Source: Bacteroidota bacterium
Lineage (GTDB): Bacteria; Bacteroidota; Bacteroidia; Chitinophagales; LD1
DNA: 64,000 nt
Reading direction: 5' to 3'
Assembly (NCBI GenBank): GCA_018267365.1
Contig: JAFDYQ010000014.1
Span: 10,897-74,896, forward strand
Shown: positions 36,602-46,170 of the stretch, piece after piece
How the letters are laid out: each line of letters begins with the position of its first letter
Numbering within the stretch: position 1 is the stretch's first letter
Made by a program: the position numbers and the translations under genes
The notes under the pieces: generated by a model
What the model was told of the DNA's origin: nothing
The model's database searches: none
What the model saw: only the letters and a program-made list of their open reading frames with translations

Positions 36602-37957
36602 CTATCTGAAAAGCAGGCGCTGGCCCTTTTGTGATTCATCAAAGGTGCCGCGGTCATACGCCAGGTGGCCATTCACAAAGGTCTTTTGGACTTTGCCCGT
36701 AAACTCATACTGCTCAAATGGCGACCAGCCACACTTGTAGTAGACATTGTCAGGCGCTACGGTCCATTTTGTCTTAGTATCAAATAGTGCCATATCAGCA
36801 TGGTAGCCCTCGCGCAGGTAGCCGCGCTCATGCACATGAAAGCACTCTGCCGGTGCGTGGCACATCTTCTCTATGATGCGCTCCAGGGTAATATGGCCCT
36901 GATGGTACAGCTCCAGCATCACATTCAGCGAGTGCTGCACGAGTGGCAGGCCGGCAGGAGCAGAGAGATAGGGCCTCGCCTTCTCCTCTGCGGTGTGCGG
37001 CGCATGGTCGGTGGCTATGATGTCTATACGGTCATCCAGCAGGGCTTTGAGCACAGCCTCTTTGTTCATTTTCTCTTTGATGGCCGGGTTGCACTTGATC
37101 TTATTGCCCAGGCGGGCATAGTCTGAGGCGTCAAACCACAGGTGATGCACACAGGCCTCTGCAGTGATGCGCTTATCCCGCAGCGGCACCTGATTCTCAA
37201 AGAGATCCGTCTCGATAGCAGTAGAGATGTGCAGGATATGCAGGCGTGTATTGTACTTTCTGGCCAGTGAGATAGCAAAAGATGATGATTTATAGCAGGC
37301 TTCTGCATCGCGTATCAGCGGGTGAAAGGACGCATCCATATTATCGCCATACTCCTCTCTGTACCGTTGAGCATTAGCTTTGATCGTAGCCTCGTCCTCG
37401 CAGTGCGTGGCGATGAGGAGCTTAGCCTCTGAGAATATCTGCTCCAGTACATTAGGATTATCTACGAGCATGCTGCCTGTGCTGCTGCCCATAAATATCT
37501 TGATACCGCACACATCCCTCAGCTCTTTTGCCCTCTGCTCGCGATCTACAGCTATCACTTCGTCAAAGTTATCATTGCTCACACCCATAAAGAAGGAGTA
37601 GTTGGCCAGGGCCGTATGACGTCCTATCTCATACTTCTGCTCCAGCAGCTCGCGGCTGAGGGCAGGCGGATTGGTATTGGGCATCTCCATAAAGGACGTA
37701 GTACCGCCGGCTACTGCCGCTCGCGACTCGGTGTGGATATCCGCCTTGTGCGTGAGGCCCGGCTCGCGAAAATGTACCTGATCGTCTATGATGCCCGGCA
37801 TGAGGTGGAGGCCCTCGGCATTTATCTCATTGACCTTATACTTTACGTCAAAGGAAGGGTCTATGCGCTCTATCCGGCCACTACGCACCAGCACGTCGCC
37901 CTGCGTTATTTTGCCTTCATTGATGATCGCTGCGTTCTTGATGATATGATCTGCCAC
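36602..37957 (-). CDS. pyrC: Dihydroorotase (amidohydrolase superfamily, long form)
   Basis: Metal-binding DDQVHFREPG, later ATDHAPH, and a composite N/C-terminal beta-sandwich. 451 aa. Confidence 0.8.
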   Translation of the reverse strand: MADHIIKNAAIINEGKITQGDVLVRSGRIERIDPSFDVKYKVNEINAEGLHLMPGIIDDQVHFREPGLTHKADIHTESRAAVAGGTTSFMEMPNTNPPALSRELLEQKYEIGRHTALANYSFFMGVSNDNFDEVIAVDREQRAKELRDVCGIKIFMGSSTGSMLVDNPNVLEQIFSEAKLLIATHCEDEATIKANAQRYREEYGDNMDASFHPLIRDAEACYKSSSFAISLARKYNTRLHILHISTAIETDLFENQVPLRDKRITAEACVHHLWFDASDYARLGNKIKCNPAIKEKMNKEAVLKALLDDRIDIIATDHAPHTAEEKARPYLSAPAGLPLVQHSLNVMLELYHQGHITLERIIEKMCHAPAECFHVHERGYLREGYHADMALFDTKTKWTVAPDNVYYKCGWSPFEQYEFTGKVQKTFVNGHLAYDRGTFDESQKGQRLLFR

Positions 37958-38058
37958 GGAGTATCTTTTTGGTGGGGTAAACTTATGTAATAATCGGCGG
38001 TGTATGGGTCATTTTTATCCATAATGCCAGTACGTAATAGCGAAGTAGCATACTGGTG

Positions 38059-38090
38059 CTGTAGGGACAGCTTGCGACCTGTCCCTGGCA
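38059..38090. repeat. Degenerate copy of the GTAGGGACAG...CTGTCCC palindromic element
   Basis: CTGTAGGGACAGCTTGCGACCTGTCCCTGGCA, compared with the perfect 32 bp palindrome at 49011..49042. Confidence 0.6.
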
Positions 38091-38117
38091 AGGCGGACTT
38101 TTGAGCCTGATACCAAT

Positions 38118-38147
38118 AAAAAGCCGCAAGCGATGATCGCCTGCGGC
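38118..38147 (-). terminator. Rho-independent terminator of the OmpA-family gene
   Basis: Stem GCCGCAAGCG / CGCCTGCGGC (one mismatch), followed on the minus strand by TTTTT. Lies 29 nt past the stop. Confidence 0.7.
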
Positions 38148-38175
38148 CAGATGCTGATATACGTTGGTTTATGCG

Positions 38176-39621
38176 TTAGTCCTTGATATTGATCTCTACG
38201 CGGCGGTTGGCAGCGCGGCCTGCAGCTGTGTTATTATCTTGCAGCGGGCGGTAGGGGCCGTAGCCGGTGGCCGTGAGGCGTGTCCCCGCTATGCCATGGT
38301 CTGTGAGGTAGGCCATCACGGCTGAGGCGCGCTTGGTAGAGAGGTCCAGGTTGGCGCGGTCTGAGCCTACATTGTCCGTATGGCCGTCTATAGACACCTT
38401 CAGAAACTCATACTGCTTTAGGATCGTGACCACAGAGTCCAGCTCCTTGTATGATTCTTTCTTGATCACATCGCTGCCCGTCTCAAAGAGGATATTTCTG
38501 GCAGATGCGGCCAGCTGCTCCTGCACCACTGCTTTCTGCACGGCAGGGAGAGCCGCCTGAGGGCAGCCACTATTGGCAGCCAGGCCATACACGTTAGGGC
38601 ATTTATCTTCCCGGTCCAGTATGCCATCTCCGTCAGAGTCAGGACAGCCGGCGGCGGTAGTGCTGCCTTTGTCGTCCGGGCATTTGTCGTCATCGTCTTT
38701 CACGCCATCGCCATCGCGGTCGGGACAGCCGTGCGCACTGGCCACTCCGGGCACGGTGGGGCAGAGGTCATCCTTGTCTACTATACCATCCCCATCGCGA
38801 TCCGGGCAGCCACCGGTAGCAGCAGGACCGGCCTTCTCAGGGCAGGCGTCATCCGCATCAGTGATACCATCTCCATCTGCATCTGGGCAGCCCATCAGCT
38901 GCAGCGTACCGGCTACGGTAGGGCATTTGTCATCCTTGTCTACTATCCCGTCGCCATCAGTATCCGGGCAGCCGCGCAGGTCCTTCCTGCCCGGTACAGT
39001 GGGGCAGTCGTCCTTGGCGTCGGGTATGCCGTCATTGTCTGTATCCTTGCCATGGCCCAGCCGGGCCTGTATGCCAAAGGAGTGGTGCATAAAGCTCGGG
39101 CGCGGATCACTGGCGTGCGGAGATATTTGACGGTGAGGCGTATAGTCATACTGTGTCTGTACAAAGAAGCCGAAGTTCTTTATCACCCAGATATTCAGGC
39201 CCGCACCAAAGTTGATACTGCCACGCACATTGCCCCACTTATTCAGCCCGCCGCCTACGAGAAAGTAAGGGTCAAACCAGCTCTTCTGCTTCAGTATATA
39301 GCCATTGGCAAAACTGTACTTGACATCTACGCCCCACTGCACAAAAAACTTGCTCTGTGCAGTATCAAACCTTTTAGCCGTGCCGAGGCTGAGCTGCCAG
39401 CCCAGGCTGAGGCCCTTGCCCAGGTAGCCAAACATTTTGAGCTGTGACAGGGCAGGTGTGATATTCCAGTTTTTGTAATAGTTCTTTTTGTCATCGCCAA
39501 AAGTCATGTTGGGGCCGTGGGCACCGAGGCCAAACAGGAGCGGGTTTTCCTTATTCTGCGCGCGGGCAGCCACCATACATAGCATCAAAACGACTGTGAG
39601 AAGGGGGGTGAGTTGTTTCAT
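38176..39621 (-). CDS. OmpA family outer-membrane protein with thrombospondin type 3 repeats
   Basis: Signal peptide from the internal ATG and an N-terminal beta-barrel-like region. Six CPDxDGDG[IV]xDxxDxCP repeats precede a C-terminal OmpA_C peptidoglycan-binding domain (GHTDNVGSDRANLDLSTKRA). Confidence 0.85.
   Translation of the reverse strand: MKQLTPLLTVVLMLCMVAARAQNKENPLLFGLGAHGPNMTFGDDKKNYYKNWNITPALSQLKMFGYLGKGLSLGWQLSLGTAKRFDTAQSKFFVQWGVDVKYSFANGYILKQKSWFDPYFLVGGGLNKWGNVRGSINFGAGLNIWVIKNFGFFVQTQYDYTPHRQISPHASDPRPSFMHHSFGIQARLGHGKDTDNDGIPDAKDDCPTVPGRKDLRGCPDTDGDGIVDKDDKCPTVAGTLQLMGCPDADGDGITDADDACPEKAGPAATGGCPDRDGDGIVDKDDLCPTVPGVASAHGCPDRDGDGVKDDDDKCPDDKGSTTAAGCPDSDGDGILDREDKCPNVYGLAANSGCPQAALPAVQKAVVQEQLAASARNILFETGSDVIKKESYKELDSVVTILKQYEFLKVSIDGHTDNVGSDRANLDLSTKRASAVMAYLTDHGIAGTRLTATGYGPYRPLQDNNTAAGRAANRRVEINIKD
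38557..39048 (-). repeat. Coding tandem repeats (thrombospondin type 3, calcium-binding)
   Basis: Six to seven units of about 23-25 codons. The period is visible in both DNA and protein. Confidence 0.8.
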
Positions 39622-39921
39622 ACGGATGTATTGATTTGCAATCCTTGGACACAATAAAAATATCATAGTTAGATACATATACCAAGTAGTTGTCAACATA
39701 ATTAGATCGCATCACAGACGATTGACAGATTTTACCGCAGTGCAGTTTTACAGTATTCGTCGCCGGATATCTCCCCGCCTTTCCGATTTCTGTATCAAAA
39801 TGTGATTGCGCAGCAGGGGCAGGCAGTACATATTTGCTACCGCAATGAGGACAAAGGTCTCGAGACACCGTATAGCCTCCGGCAAAGATTCATTCATTCA
39901 ACATTTTCAACTCATCTAATC

Positions 39922-40407
39922 ATGAAAAAAATACTCGTACTGGCCGCAGCTGTAGCGCTGCTCAGCTCCTGCGCGCCCAAGATAGAACCCGTGACGATCA
40001 ATACAGGCGATTTTGCCGCTGCACCTATCACACTGGACCTGCCCGGAGACTGGCAGCAGCCCGATGTAGACGCTTCGGCGCGCATCAGCCGCAAGAAGGG
40101 CGAGGGCGACTTTACCATAGAATACCTCAAAATGGACGAGTGCAAGCTCGATGCCGCGGTGCTGAAATCTACCACACTGGAAAATGTGGACTACCAGGGC
40201 GCTACAGTGACCGAGGAGCTGAAGCTCAAGAACGGTATAGGCCTAAAGCTGGACAAGCCCGCAGCAGACGGCAGCGGCACGGAGAAGCACTTTGTGATGC
40301 TGGTGCAGGCCAAGGGCAAGTGCTATATGATACACAATAACCCCTACTACGATACGAAGTACAAAGCGTATGACGTAGAAAAGACTATCATAGAGTCTAT
40401 CCGCTAG
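39922..40407 (+). CDS. Hypothetical lipoprotein (161 aa)
   Basis: The internal ATG gives MKKILVLAAAVALLSSC, a lipobox. Confidence 0.6.
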   Translation: MKKILVLAAAVALLSSCAPKIEPVTINTGDFAAAPITLDLPGDWQQPDVDASARISRKKGEGDFTIEYLKMDECKLDAAVLKSTTLENVDYQGATVTEELKLKNGIGLKLDKPAADGSGTEKHFVMLVQAKGKCYMIHNNPYYDTKYKAYDVEKTIIESIR

Positions 40408-40429
40408 GATGGGTTCTGAATGTTGAGAC

Positions 40430-40456
40430 AGCCCCTGCGCCTCGCGGCCGGGGGCT
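40430..40456 (+). terminator. Possible terminator hairpin
   Basis: AGCCCC ... GGGGCT stem enclosing a GC-rich loop, followed by CGTTTCGCTT. Lies between convergent genes. Confidence 0.3.
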
Positions 40457-40503
40457 CGTTTCGCTTATATAGGTGGTACACTTGGTACAGAGGCATGGCG
40501 CCT

Positions 40504-41421
40504 TCATATACTCCCTGCCGGAAAGTACTCCCTGTACCCCGCCAGCCCCTGCAAGCCGCCGGTATGCACCGCGATTATCTTTGTCCCTCGCGGGAAATCA
40601 CCTTTGCCGATCATATCATAGAGGCCATATAGCAGCTTGCCTGTATAGACCGGCTCCAGCTGCACTAGTTGGTCCCGCTTAAACTGGCGGATGAAGTCTA
40701 TCAGCGCTGGCGTCACGCGCGCATAGCCACCGTGGTGGTAGTCTGAGGTGATGTGCCAATTGTCAAACTGCTGCTCCGTATAGTCTGAGACGAGCTGCGC
40801 GACGGTGGGTGTGAGGGTGTCCTGACCTTTCAGCACGGAGAAGCCTATGGCTTTTCTTCGGCCGTACAGACCGGCTACGATGCCTGCCAGTGTACCGCCC
40901 GTGCCGCTGGCGGTACAGATATAGTCGTAGTCCTCCTTTATCTCGTTTACCATCTCTATCACGCCCGGCAGGGCCAGCAGGTTGGTACCGCCCTCAGGTA
41001 TATAGTAGTGGCGGCCCAGCTGCACGCGCAGGCTCTCTATACTATCGGGGTCGTCTTTCATACGGTACTGGGCGCGGTCCATCCAGAGGATGCGCATCCC
41101 ATGGCGCGCGGCAGTCAGCAGCGTCTCGGTAGCCGTATCCGTCGGCTCGCCGCGTATGATGCCTATGGTCTTAAACCCAAACTGCCGACCGGCAGCCGCT
41201 GTAGCCGCTATATGGTTGGAGTACACCCCGCCAAAGGTTAGCAGCGTGTCATGGCCCTCCTCGCGCGCCTCTACCAGGTTGTAGCGCAGCTTGCGCCATT
41301 TATTGCCCTGTATCTCGGGGTGCGTCAGGTCGTCGCGCTTCAGCCATAGCTCTACGCCACGCTCCGCTATAGACGGCTCGCGTATCAGCTGTAGAGGCGT
41401 AGGGGCAGGGAGGTGAGACAT
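40504..41421 (-). CDS. ACC deaminase / D-cysteine desulfhydrase family PLP-dependent enzyme
   Basis: Motifs GNKWRKLRYNL (PLP lysine), GGVYSNHIAATAAA and SGTGGTLAG. About 305 aa from the internal ATG. Confidence 0.8.
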   Translation of the reverse strand: MSHLPAPTPLQLIREPSIAERGVELWLKRDDLTHPEIQGNKWRKLRYNLVEAREEGHDTLLTFGGVYSNHIAATAAAGRQFGFKTIGIIRGEPTDTATETLLTAARHGMRILWMDRAQYRMKDDPDSIESLRVQLGRHYYIPEGGTNLLALPGVIEMVNEIKEDYDYICTASGTGGTLAGIVAGLYGRRKAIGFSVLKGQDTLTPTVAQLVSDYTEQQFDNWHITSDYHHGGYARVTPALIDFIRQFKRDQLVQLEPVYTGKLLYGLYDMIGKGDFPRGTKIIAVHTGGLQGLAGYREYFPAGSI

Positions 41422-41640
41422 GGCGGCGAAAATAATAGATAGCTGCCAAAACAAGAGGTGTATAGGCGGCTGAGAACTTTCATGTCAGGCAGATGGTTTA
41501 GGTAGTACTCAGGTTTAATATAATCTTGATATAAGATATTGTTAAAACCTGTATATTAGAATCTAATCAGGCACAAGAAGTCTATCCTCCAAACAGTCTG
41601 ACAGTCGGTGGGATAGTGATGGATCTAAAATCCCAAAGTG

Positions 41641-43419
41641 ATGAACCCACACAGCACCGGCGGTTACCCGCCGTTTATTGAGCAGATCAAAGAAGGCTTT
41701 CTGGTCCTGGACAAGGGGTTTGCTATCTGCTATTGCAATAAGCGTATACGAGACCTGACAGGCCAGGGTATGGATGAACTGATGGGATGCCATATCTGGG
41801 TGGCCTTCCCGGAGATGATCGGTTCTGCGGTGCATGATGCACTGCTGTCTGCGGGTGCTACGCAGGCCTACACACAGGCAGATAGCTTTGTGCCGACGCT
41901 GGATATGTGGCTACGGTTTCATATCTACCCTACTACAGAGGACTATACCATCTGCATCCGCGACGTGACCACTACCAGGATGGCCATAGAGCAGCTGCGG
42001 CATGAGCGCAGCTTCACAGAGTCTATACTGAGCAGCCTGCCGGGTATCTTTTATATGTATGATACATCGGGCCGCTTCCTGCATTGGAACCAGAACTTTG
42101 AGACCGTATCCGGCTATACCGCCACCGAGATAGAAAGGATGCATCCCCTCGACTTCTTTACCGATGAGGAAAAGCCGATGCTCCAGCAAAAGATAGGGGA
42201 GGTCTTTGAATCAGAGAGCTCATTTGTAGAAGCCAACTTTCTGACCCGCAGTGGTGAGAGGGTGCCATATTACTTTACCGGCAGGGCTATAGAATATAAT
42301 GGTGTGCGCTGCCTGCTAGGCGTAGGCATAGACATAGCCGAGCGGCGGCGGTCAGAGGAGGCGCTGGTCCGCTCAGAGGAGCAGTACCGGTATTTATTCA
42401 ATAACAATCCTGCACTGATCATCATCTGGGACCCAGAGGCTATGCGTGTACTGGAGGTCAATGATGCTGTATACAGTCTCTATGGCTATACCCGCGAGGA
42501 ATACATGAATATGTCCGTACTGCACTACCGCCCGGCAGAGGACCATGAGCGTATCCTGGCCTTTGCCCGGCAGATGCTCAGCGGTCAGGCCAGGGTAGCC
42601 CGGGGCACCTGGCGGCATATCAAGAAGGATGGCAGCCTGATATATGTGGATATATCATCGCACCGCATAGACTACAATGGCCGCATAGCGGTCCTCTCAC
42701 TGGCCAAGGATATCACCGACCAGCACCGCGCCGAGGAGCAGTTGCGCAATAGCTATGATGACATACGCCGCCTCAATGCGCACCTGCAGTCCGTGCGCGA
42801 GGAGGAGCGCCTGAGCGTAGCCCGCGAGATACATGACGAGCTGGGCCAGCAGCTCACGGGCCTCAAGATGGATATATCCTGGCTCTCACGCCGCCTGGGT
42901 AGTGCAGAGGATGTGGTACGGCAGCGGCTGACAGAGGTGCAGGCGCTGATAGATACCACCATCCGTACCGTGCGCCGGATAGCCAGTGACCTGCGCCCCG
43001 GCATACTGGAGGACCTGGGCCTGGTAGCAGCGCTGGAGTCGCAGTCTGCGGAGTTTCACAGGCGTACGGGCATATCCAGCATACTGGAGATCAGCCAGCA
43101 GGATACAGACCTCTCGCGTGATCTGGCCATAGTCGTATTTCGCGTATACCAGGAGGCACTGACCAATATCACCCGCCATGCGCAGGCCACAGAGGTGCGT
43201 ACCACCATGACCTGCACCGACGGCATCCTGACCATGACCATAGCTGACAATGGACGCGGCATGGACGTAAATCAGGTGCGCAGCGGCAAGACCTTTGGCC
43301 TGGTGGGTATGGCGGAGCGTGCAGCTATGCTGCAGGGCTCCCTGACACTCGATAGCAGCCCTGGCAGGGGCACCACCCTCACCATCTCAATACCTTTACA
43401 TCCTACTACTACCGTATGA
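41641..43419 (+). CDS. Multi-PAS sensor histidine kinase, NarL-partner type (HisKA_3)
   Basis: Three PAS-like modules, H-box REIHDELGQQLTGLKMD, and HATPase motifs (NITRHA, DNGRGM, GLVGMAERA). Its stop overlaps the regulator start (ATGA). Confidence 0.85.
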   Translation: MNPHSTGGYPPFIEQIKEGFLVLDKGFAICYCNKRIRDLTGQGMDELMGCHIWVAFPEMIGSAVHDALLSAGATQAYTQADSFVPTLDMWLRFHIYPTTEDYTICIRDVTTTRMAIEQLRHERSFTESILSSLPGIFYMYDTSGRFLHWNQNFETVSGYTATEIERMHPLDFFTDEEKPMLQQKIGEVFESESSFVEANFLTRSGERVPYYFTGRAIEYNGVRCLLGVGIDIAERRRSEEALVRSEEQYRYLFNNNPALIIIWDPEAMRVLEVNDAVYSLYGYTREEYMNMSVLHYRPAEDHERILAFARQMLSGQARVARGTWRHIKKDGSLIYVDISSHRIDYNGRIAVLSLAKDITDQHRAEEQLRNSYDDIRRLNAHLQSVREEERLSVAREIHDELGQQLTGLKMDISWLSRRLGSAEDVVRQRLTEVQALIDTTIRTVRRIASDLRPGILEDLGLVAALESQSAEFHRRTGISSILEISQQDTDLSRDLAIVVFRVYQEALTNITRHAQATEVRTTMTCTDGILTMTIADNGRGMDVNQVRSGKTFGLVGMAERAAMLQGSLTLDSSPGRGTTLTISIPLHPTTTV

Positions 43420-44039
43420 ATATCCTCATAGCAGACGATCACGCCATAGTGCGCAAGGGCCTCGTACAGCTGCTCCGCGAGGAGTTTGTCAATATACATA
43501 TCACCGAGGCCGCAGATAGTACAGAGGTCTACCAGGTGCTGCGGGACAGGGCCTGGGATGTCATACTGCTGGATATCTCCATGCCCGGCAGAAATGGCGT
43601 GGAGGTGCTCAAGCAGCTGCGAGCCGAGGGCATTCGTACCCCTATCCTGATGCTCAGTATGCACCCAGAGGAGCAGTACGCCCTAAGGGTGCTCAAGGCC
43701 GGTGCCTCCGGCTTTCTCAAAAAAGATGCTGCACCCGAGGAACTCATCACGGCCATACATCGTGTACTGGCGGGCCGCAAGTATATCACCGCCTCTCTGG
43801 CAGAGCTGATGGCAGAGGAGGCTGCACAGGGCGACCGGGGCGGCTTTGACGCGCTGTCTGACCGGGAGATGGAGGTCTTTCTACTGCTGGCGGCTGGCCG
43901 GGCTGTATCTGAGATAGCTACAGAGATGTCCCTCAGTGTCAATACCGTGAGCACCTACCGCGCCCGCATACTGGAGAAGCTGGTGCTCAAGTCCAATGCC
44001 GATATCATACGCTACGCCATAGACCACCGGCAGTCCTAG
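43416..44039 (+). CDS. NarL/FixJ (LuxR-type HTH) response regulator
   Basis: REC motifs ILIADDH, DVILLDISMPG and LKK. The C-terminal LuxR HTH is LSDREMEVFLLLAAGRAVSEIATEMSLSVNTVSTYRARILEKL. Confidence 0.9.
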   Translation: MNILIADDHAIVRKGLVQLLREEFVNIHITEAADSTEVYQVLRDRAWDVILLDISMPGRNGVEVLKQLRAEGIRTPILMLSMHPEEQYALRVLKAGASGFLKKDAAPEELITAIHRVLAGRKYITASLAELMAEEAAQGDRGGFDALSDREMEVFLLLAAGRAVSEIATEMSLSVNTVSTYRARILEKLVLKSNADIIRYAIDHRQS

Positions 44040-44138
44040 TACCCCACTTTGTAGTACAAACCACTACATTTCTATCATAGTTGTCACTAAAGACAAAGAG
44101 GTAGCCTCGTTGTTTCTTTGCACCCGCAATCAGATAAT

Positions 44139-46130
44139 ATGTATCAGCAGGAGCAAAAGGACATCATCAAGGTAGCTACGGTAGAAGACTCTGCCGTGGT
44201 CTCAGACAGGCTGCGCGGCCTGCTCACAGAGATGGCACACATACAGTATGTGGGCAATGCCGCCACTATAGCCGAGGCTATGGAGATGATCAGGACACAG
44301 GAGCCGGATGTGGTCATACTGGATATACACCTCAGGGGTGAGGGGCACCGGCTGAATGGCATGAGCCTGATACCCGTGATCAAAGCAGGCTGGCCCGCTA
44401 CACGGGTCATCATGTTTACCAATTTTTCCGATAGTCACTACCGGCAGCGCTGCATGGAGCTGGGCGCCGATCATTTTTTTGATAAATCTCAAGATATAGA
44501 CCAAATGACAAATGTGATCAGGCAGATATGCCAGCACTCCGCGCAGCCAGATACCACAGCTGCAGAGAAATACCAGAAGAAGACGGCTACAGCCGCCCGT
44601 ATGTACCGTGATGTAATAGCGCAGCAGGCATCTATGCTGAATGCAGTGCCGGGCAATGCTGCCCTGCTGGACAGCCGGGGCGTGATAGTCACGGTCAATG
44701 ATGCCTGGGCTGGTTTTGCCGCCCGGCACCACCTGGCTGTGGGAGACTTTGCGGTAGGGCAGGACTACCTGGCCCGGATAAGTGCAGACTTTGGCCACGC
44801 CGGAGATGCGATCATAGCAGGCATACGCGCCGTATTGGCAGGAGAGCGCAGCGACTATGCCACAGAGTACGACTGTACCCTGTCTGATGGGTACCGGCGG
44901 TTTATGCTGCGTGTCTCTGCAGCCTCGGTCATGGGAGAGCAGGGCGCCATGGTGCTGCGCACAGATGTCACAGAGCAGCAGGGTCACCGTCAGGCTCGCC
45001 TCACCTCTGAGTCAAACCTGCTGGCTATCATGGAGAGTACCGAGGATGTCATTTTCTCAGTGGATCGTGAGTTGCGCTATATCACCTTCAATAGTGCTAT
45101 AGCCAGTATCGTGCGCCGTGTATATGGCACGGAGCTGATCGCAGGAACACCCGTCCTCCAGGTACTGATGCACGGAGAACCAGCTGAGGCTGAAATGTGG
45201 AAAGAGAGCTATGCCAGGGCATTTGCAGGGCATGTGGTACGCTTTGTCAAGGAGTACCCCGGTGAGTCGGGCATTGTCTGTTATAAGTTTGTCATCAATC
45301 CTATCTGGCACCAGGGAGTGGTAGTAGGGGTATCATGCTTTGGCAGGAATGTGACACAGCACTATACGATGGCAAAGGAGATCCGTGACCTGAATGAATC
45401 CCTGGAGCGCAAAGTGGCTGAGCGCACGGAGGAGCTGGAGGCCCGCAATAAGGAACTCGAGGCTTTCTCATACATGGTATCGCATGATCTCAAATCTCCC
45501 CTACGTGTGATAGGTGGCTATGCCTCTATATTGAGCAGCAGCTGCGGCGAGTGTCTGGATGCTGATGCAAAACAGATGTTGGGGATGATCATGAGCAGTA
45601 CGGTGAAGATGAATGCCCTGATAGATGGCCTGCTCCGGTTCTCTAAGTACGGCCGCCAGGAGGTGCACCGCACCGATACGGATATGGAGGGCATAGTACG
45701 CTCTGTGATACATGAGGTAGTGATGCCACAACACACACCTCCCGTGAATGTGAAAATAGGTGCGATCAAAAATACTATCTGCGACCCGGACCTGATACGC
45801 CAGGTATGGACCAATCTGATCAGCAATGCTGTGAAGTACTCATCCGGCAGGAAGATGGCCGAGATAGAGGTAGGTATGACTGAGGTAGATGGCTGCGAGG
45901 CCTACTTTGTCAGAGACAATGGTGTAGGCTTTGATATGAAGTATGCTTCAAAACTTTTTGAAGTATTCCGCAGGCTGCACTCTGAGGAGCAGTTTGAAGG
46001 ATCAGGTATAGGGCTGGCTACGGTACACAAGATCATACAAAGGCATGGTGGCCGTATCTGGGCTGATGCACAGCCTGACCGAGGTGCTACCTTCTTTTTC
46101 ACACTGGGTGCTACTGCTACTGTAGGCTGA
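44139..46130 (+). CDS. Hybrid signalling protein: N-terminal receiver, PAS modules, HisKA and HATPase
   Basis: REC (VATVEDS, DVVILDIHL). The H-box FSYMVSHDLKSPL closely resembles that of the kinase at 10669..11931. HATPase motifs are NAVKY, DNGVGF and GSGIGL. Confidence 0.85.
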   Translation: MYQQEQKDIIKVATVEDSAVVSDRLRGLLTEMAHIQYVGNAATIAEAMEMIRTQEPDVVILDIHLRGEGHRLNGMSLIPVIKAGWPATRVIMFTNFSDSHYRQRCMELGADHFFDKSQDIDQMTNVIRQICQHSAQPDTTAAEKYQKKTATAARMYRDVIAQQASMLNAVPGNAALLDSRGVIVTVNDAWAGFAARHHLAVGDFAVGQDYLARISADFGHAGDAIIAGIRAVLAGERSDYATEYDCTLSDGYRRFMLRVSAASVMGEQGAMVLRTDVTEQQGHRQARLTSESNLLAIMESTEDVIFSVDRELRYITFNSAIASIVRRVYGTELIAGTPVLQVLMHGEPAEAEMWKESYARAFAGHVVRFVKEYPGESGIVCYKFVINPIWHQGVVVGVSCFGRNVTQHYTMAKEIRDLNESLERKVAERTEELEARNKELEAFSYMVSHDLKSPLRVIGGYASILSSSCGECLDADAKQMLGMIMSSTVKMNALIDGLLRFSKYGRQEVHRTDTDMEGIVRSVIHEVVMPQHTPPVNVKIGAIKNTICDPDLIRQVWTNLISNAVKYSSGRKMAEIEVGMTEVDGCEAYFVRDNGVGFDMKYASKLFEVFRRLHSEEQFEGSGIGLATVHKIIQRHGGRIWADAQPDRGATFFFTLGATATVG

Positions 46131-46170
46131 TCTTACCCTCCTCGTGCCGTTTTTTCAGTAAACTTGTCTC

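Noticed and set aside
38573-39447. Two Ser/Pro/Gly-rich ORFs on the + strand (185 and 238 aa)
   Set aside because: They are antisense readings of the thrombospondin type 3 repeats of the OmpA-family gene, and their repetitiveness merely mirrors that gene.
44202-44987. 261 aa ORF on the - strand
   Set aside because: It is antisense to the receiver/PAS part of the hybrid kinase. Its composition is typical of shadow frames.
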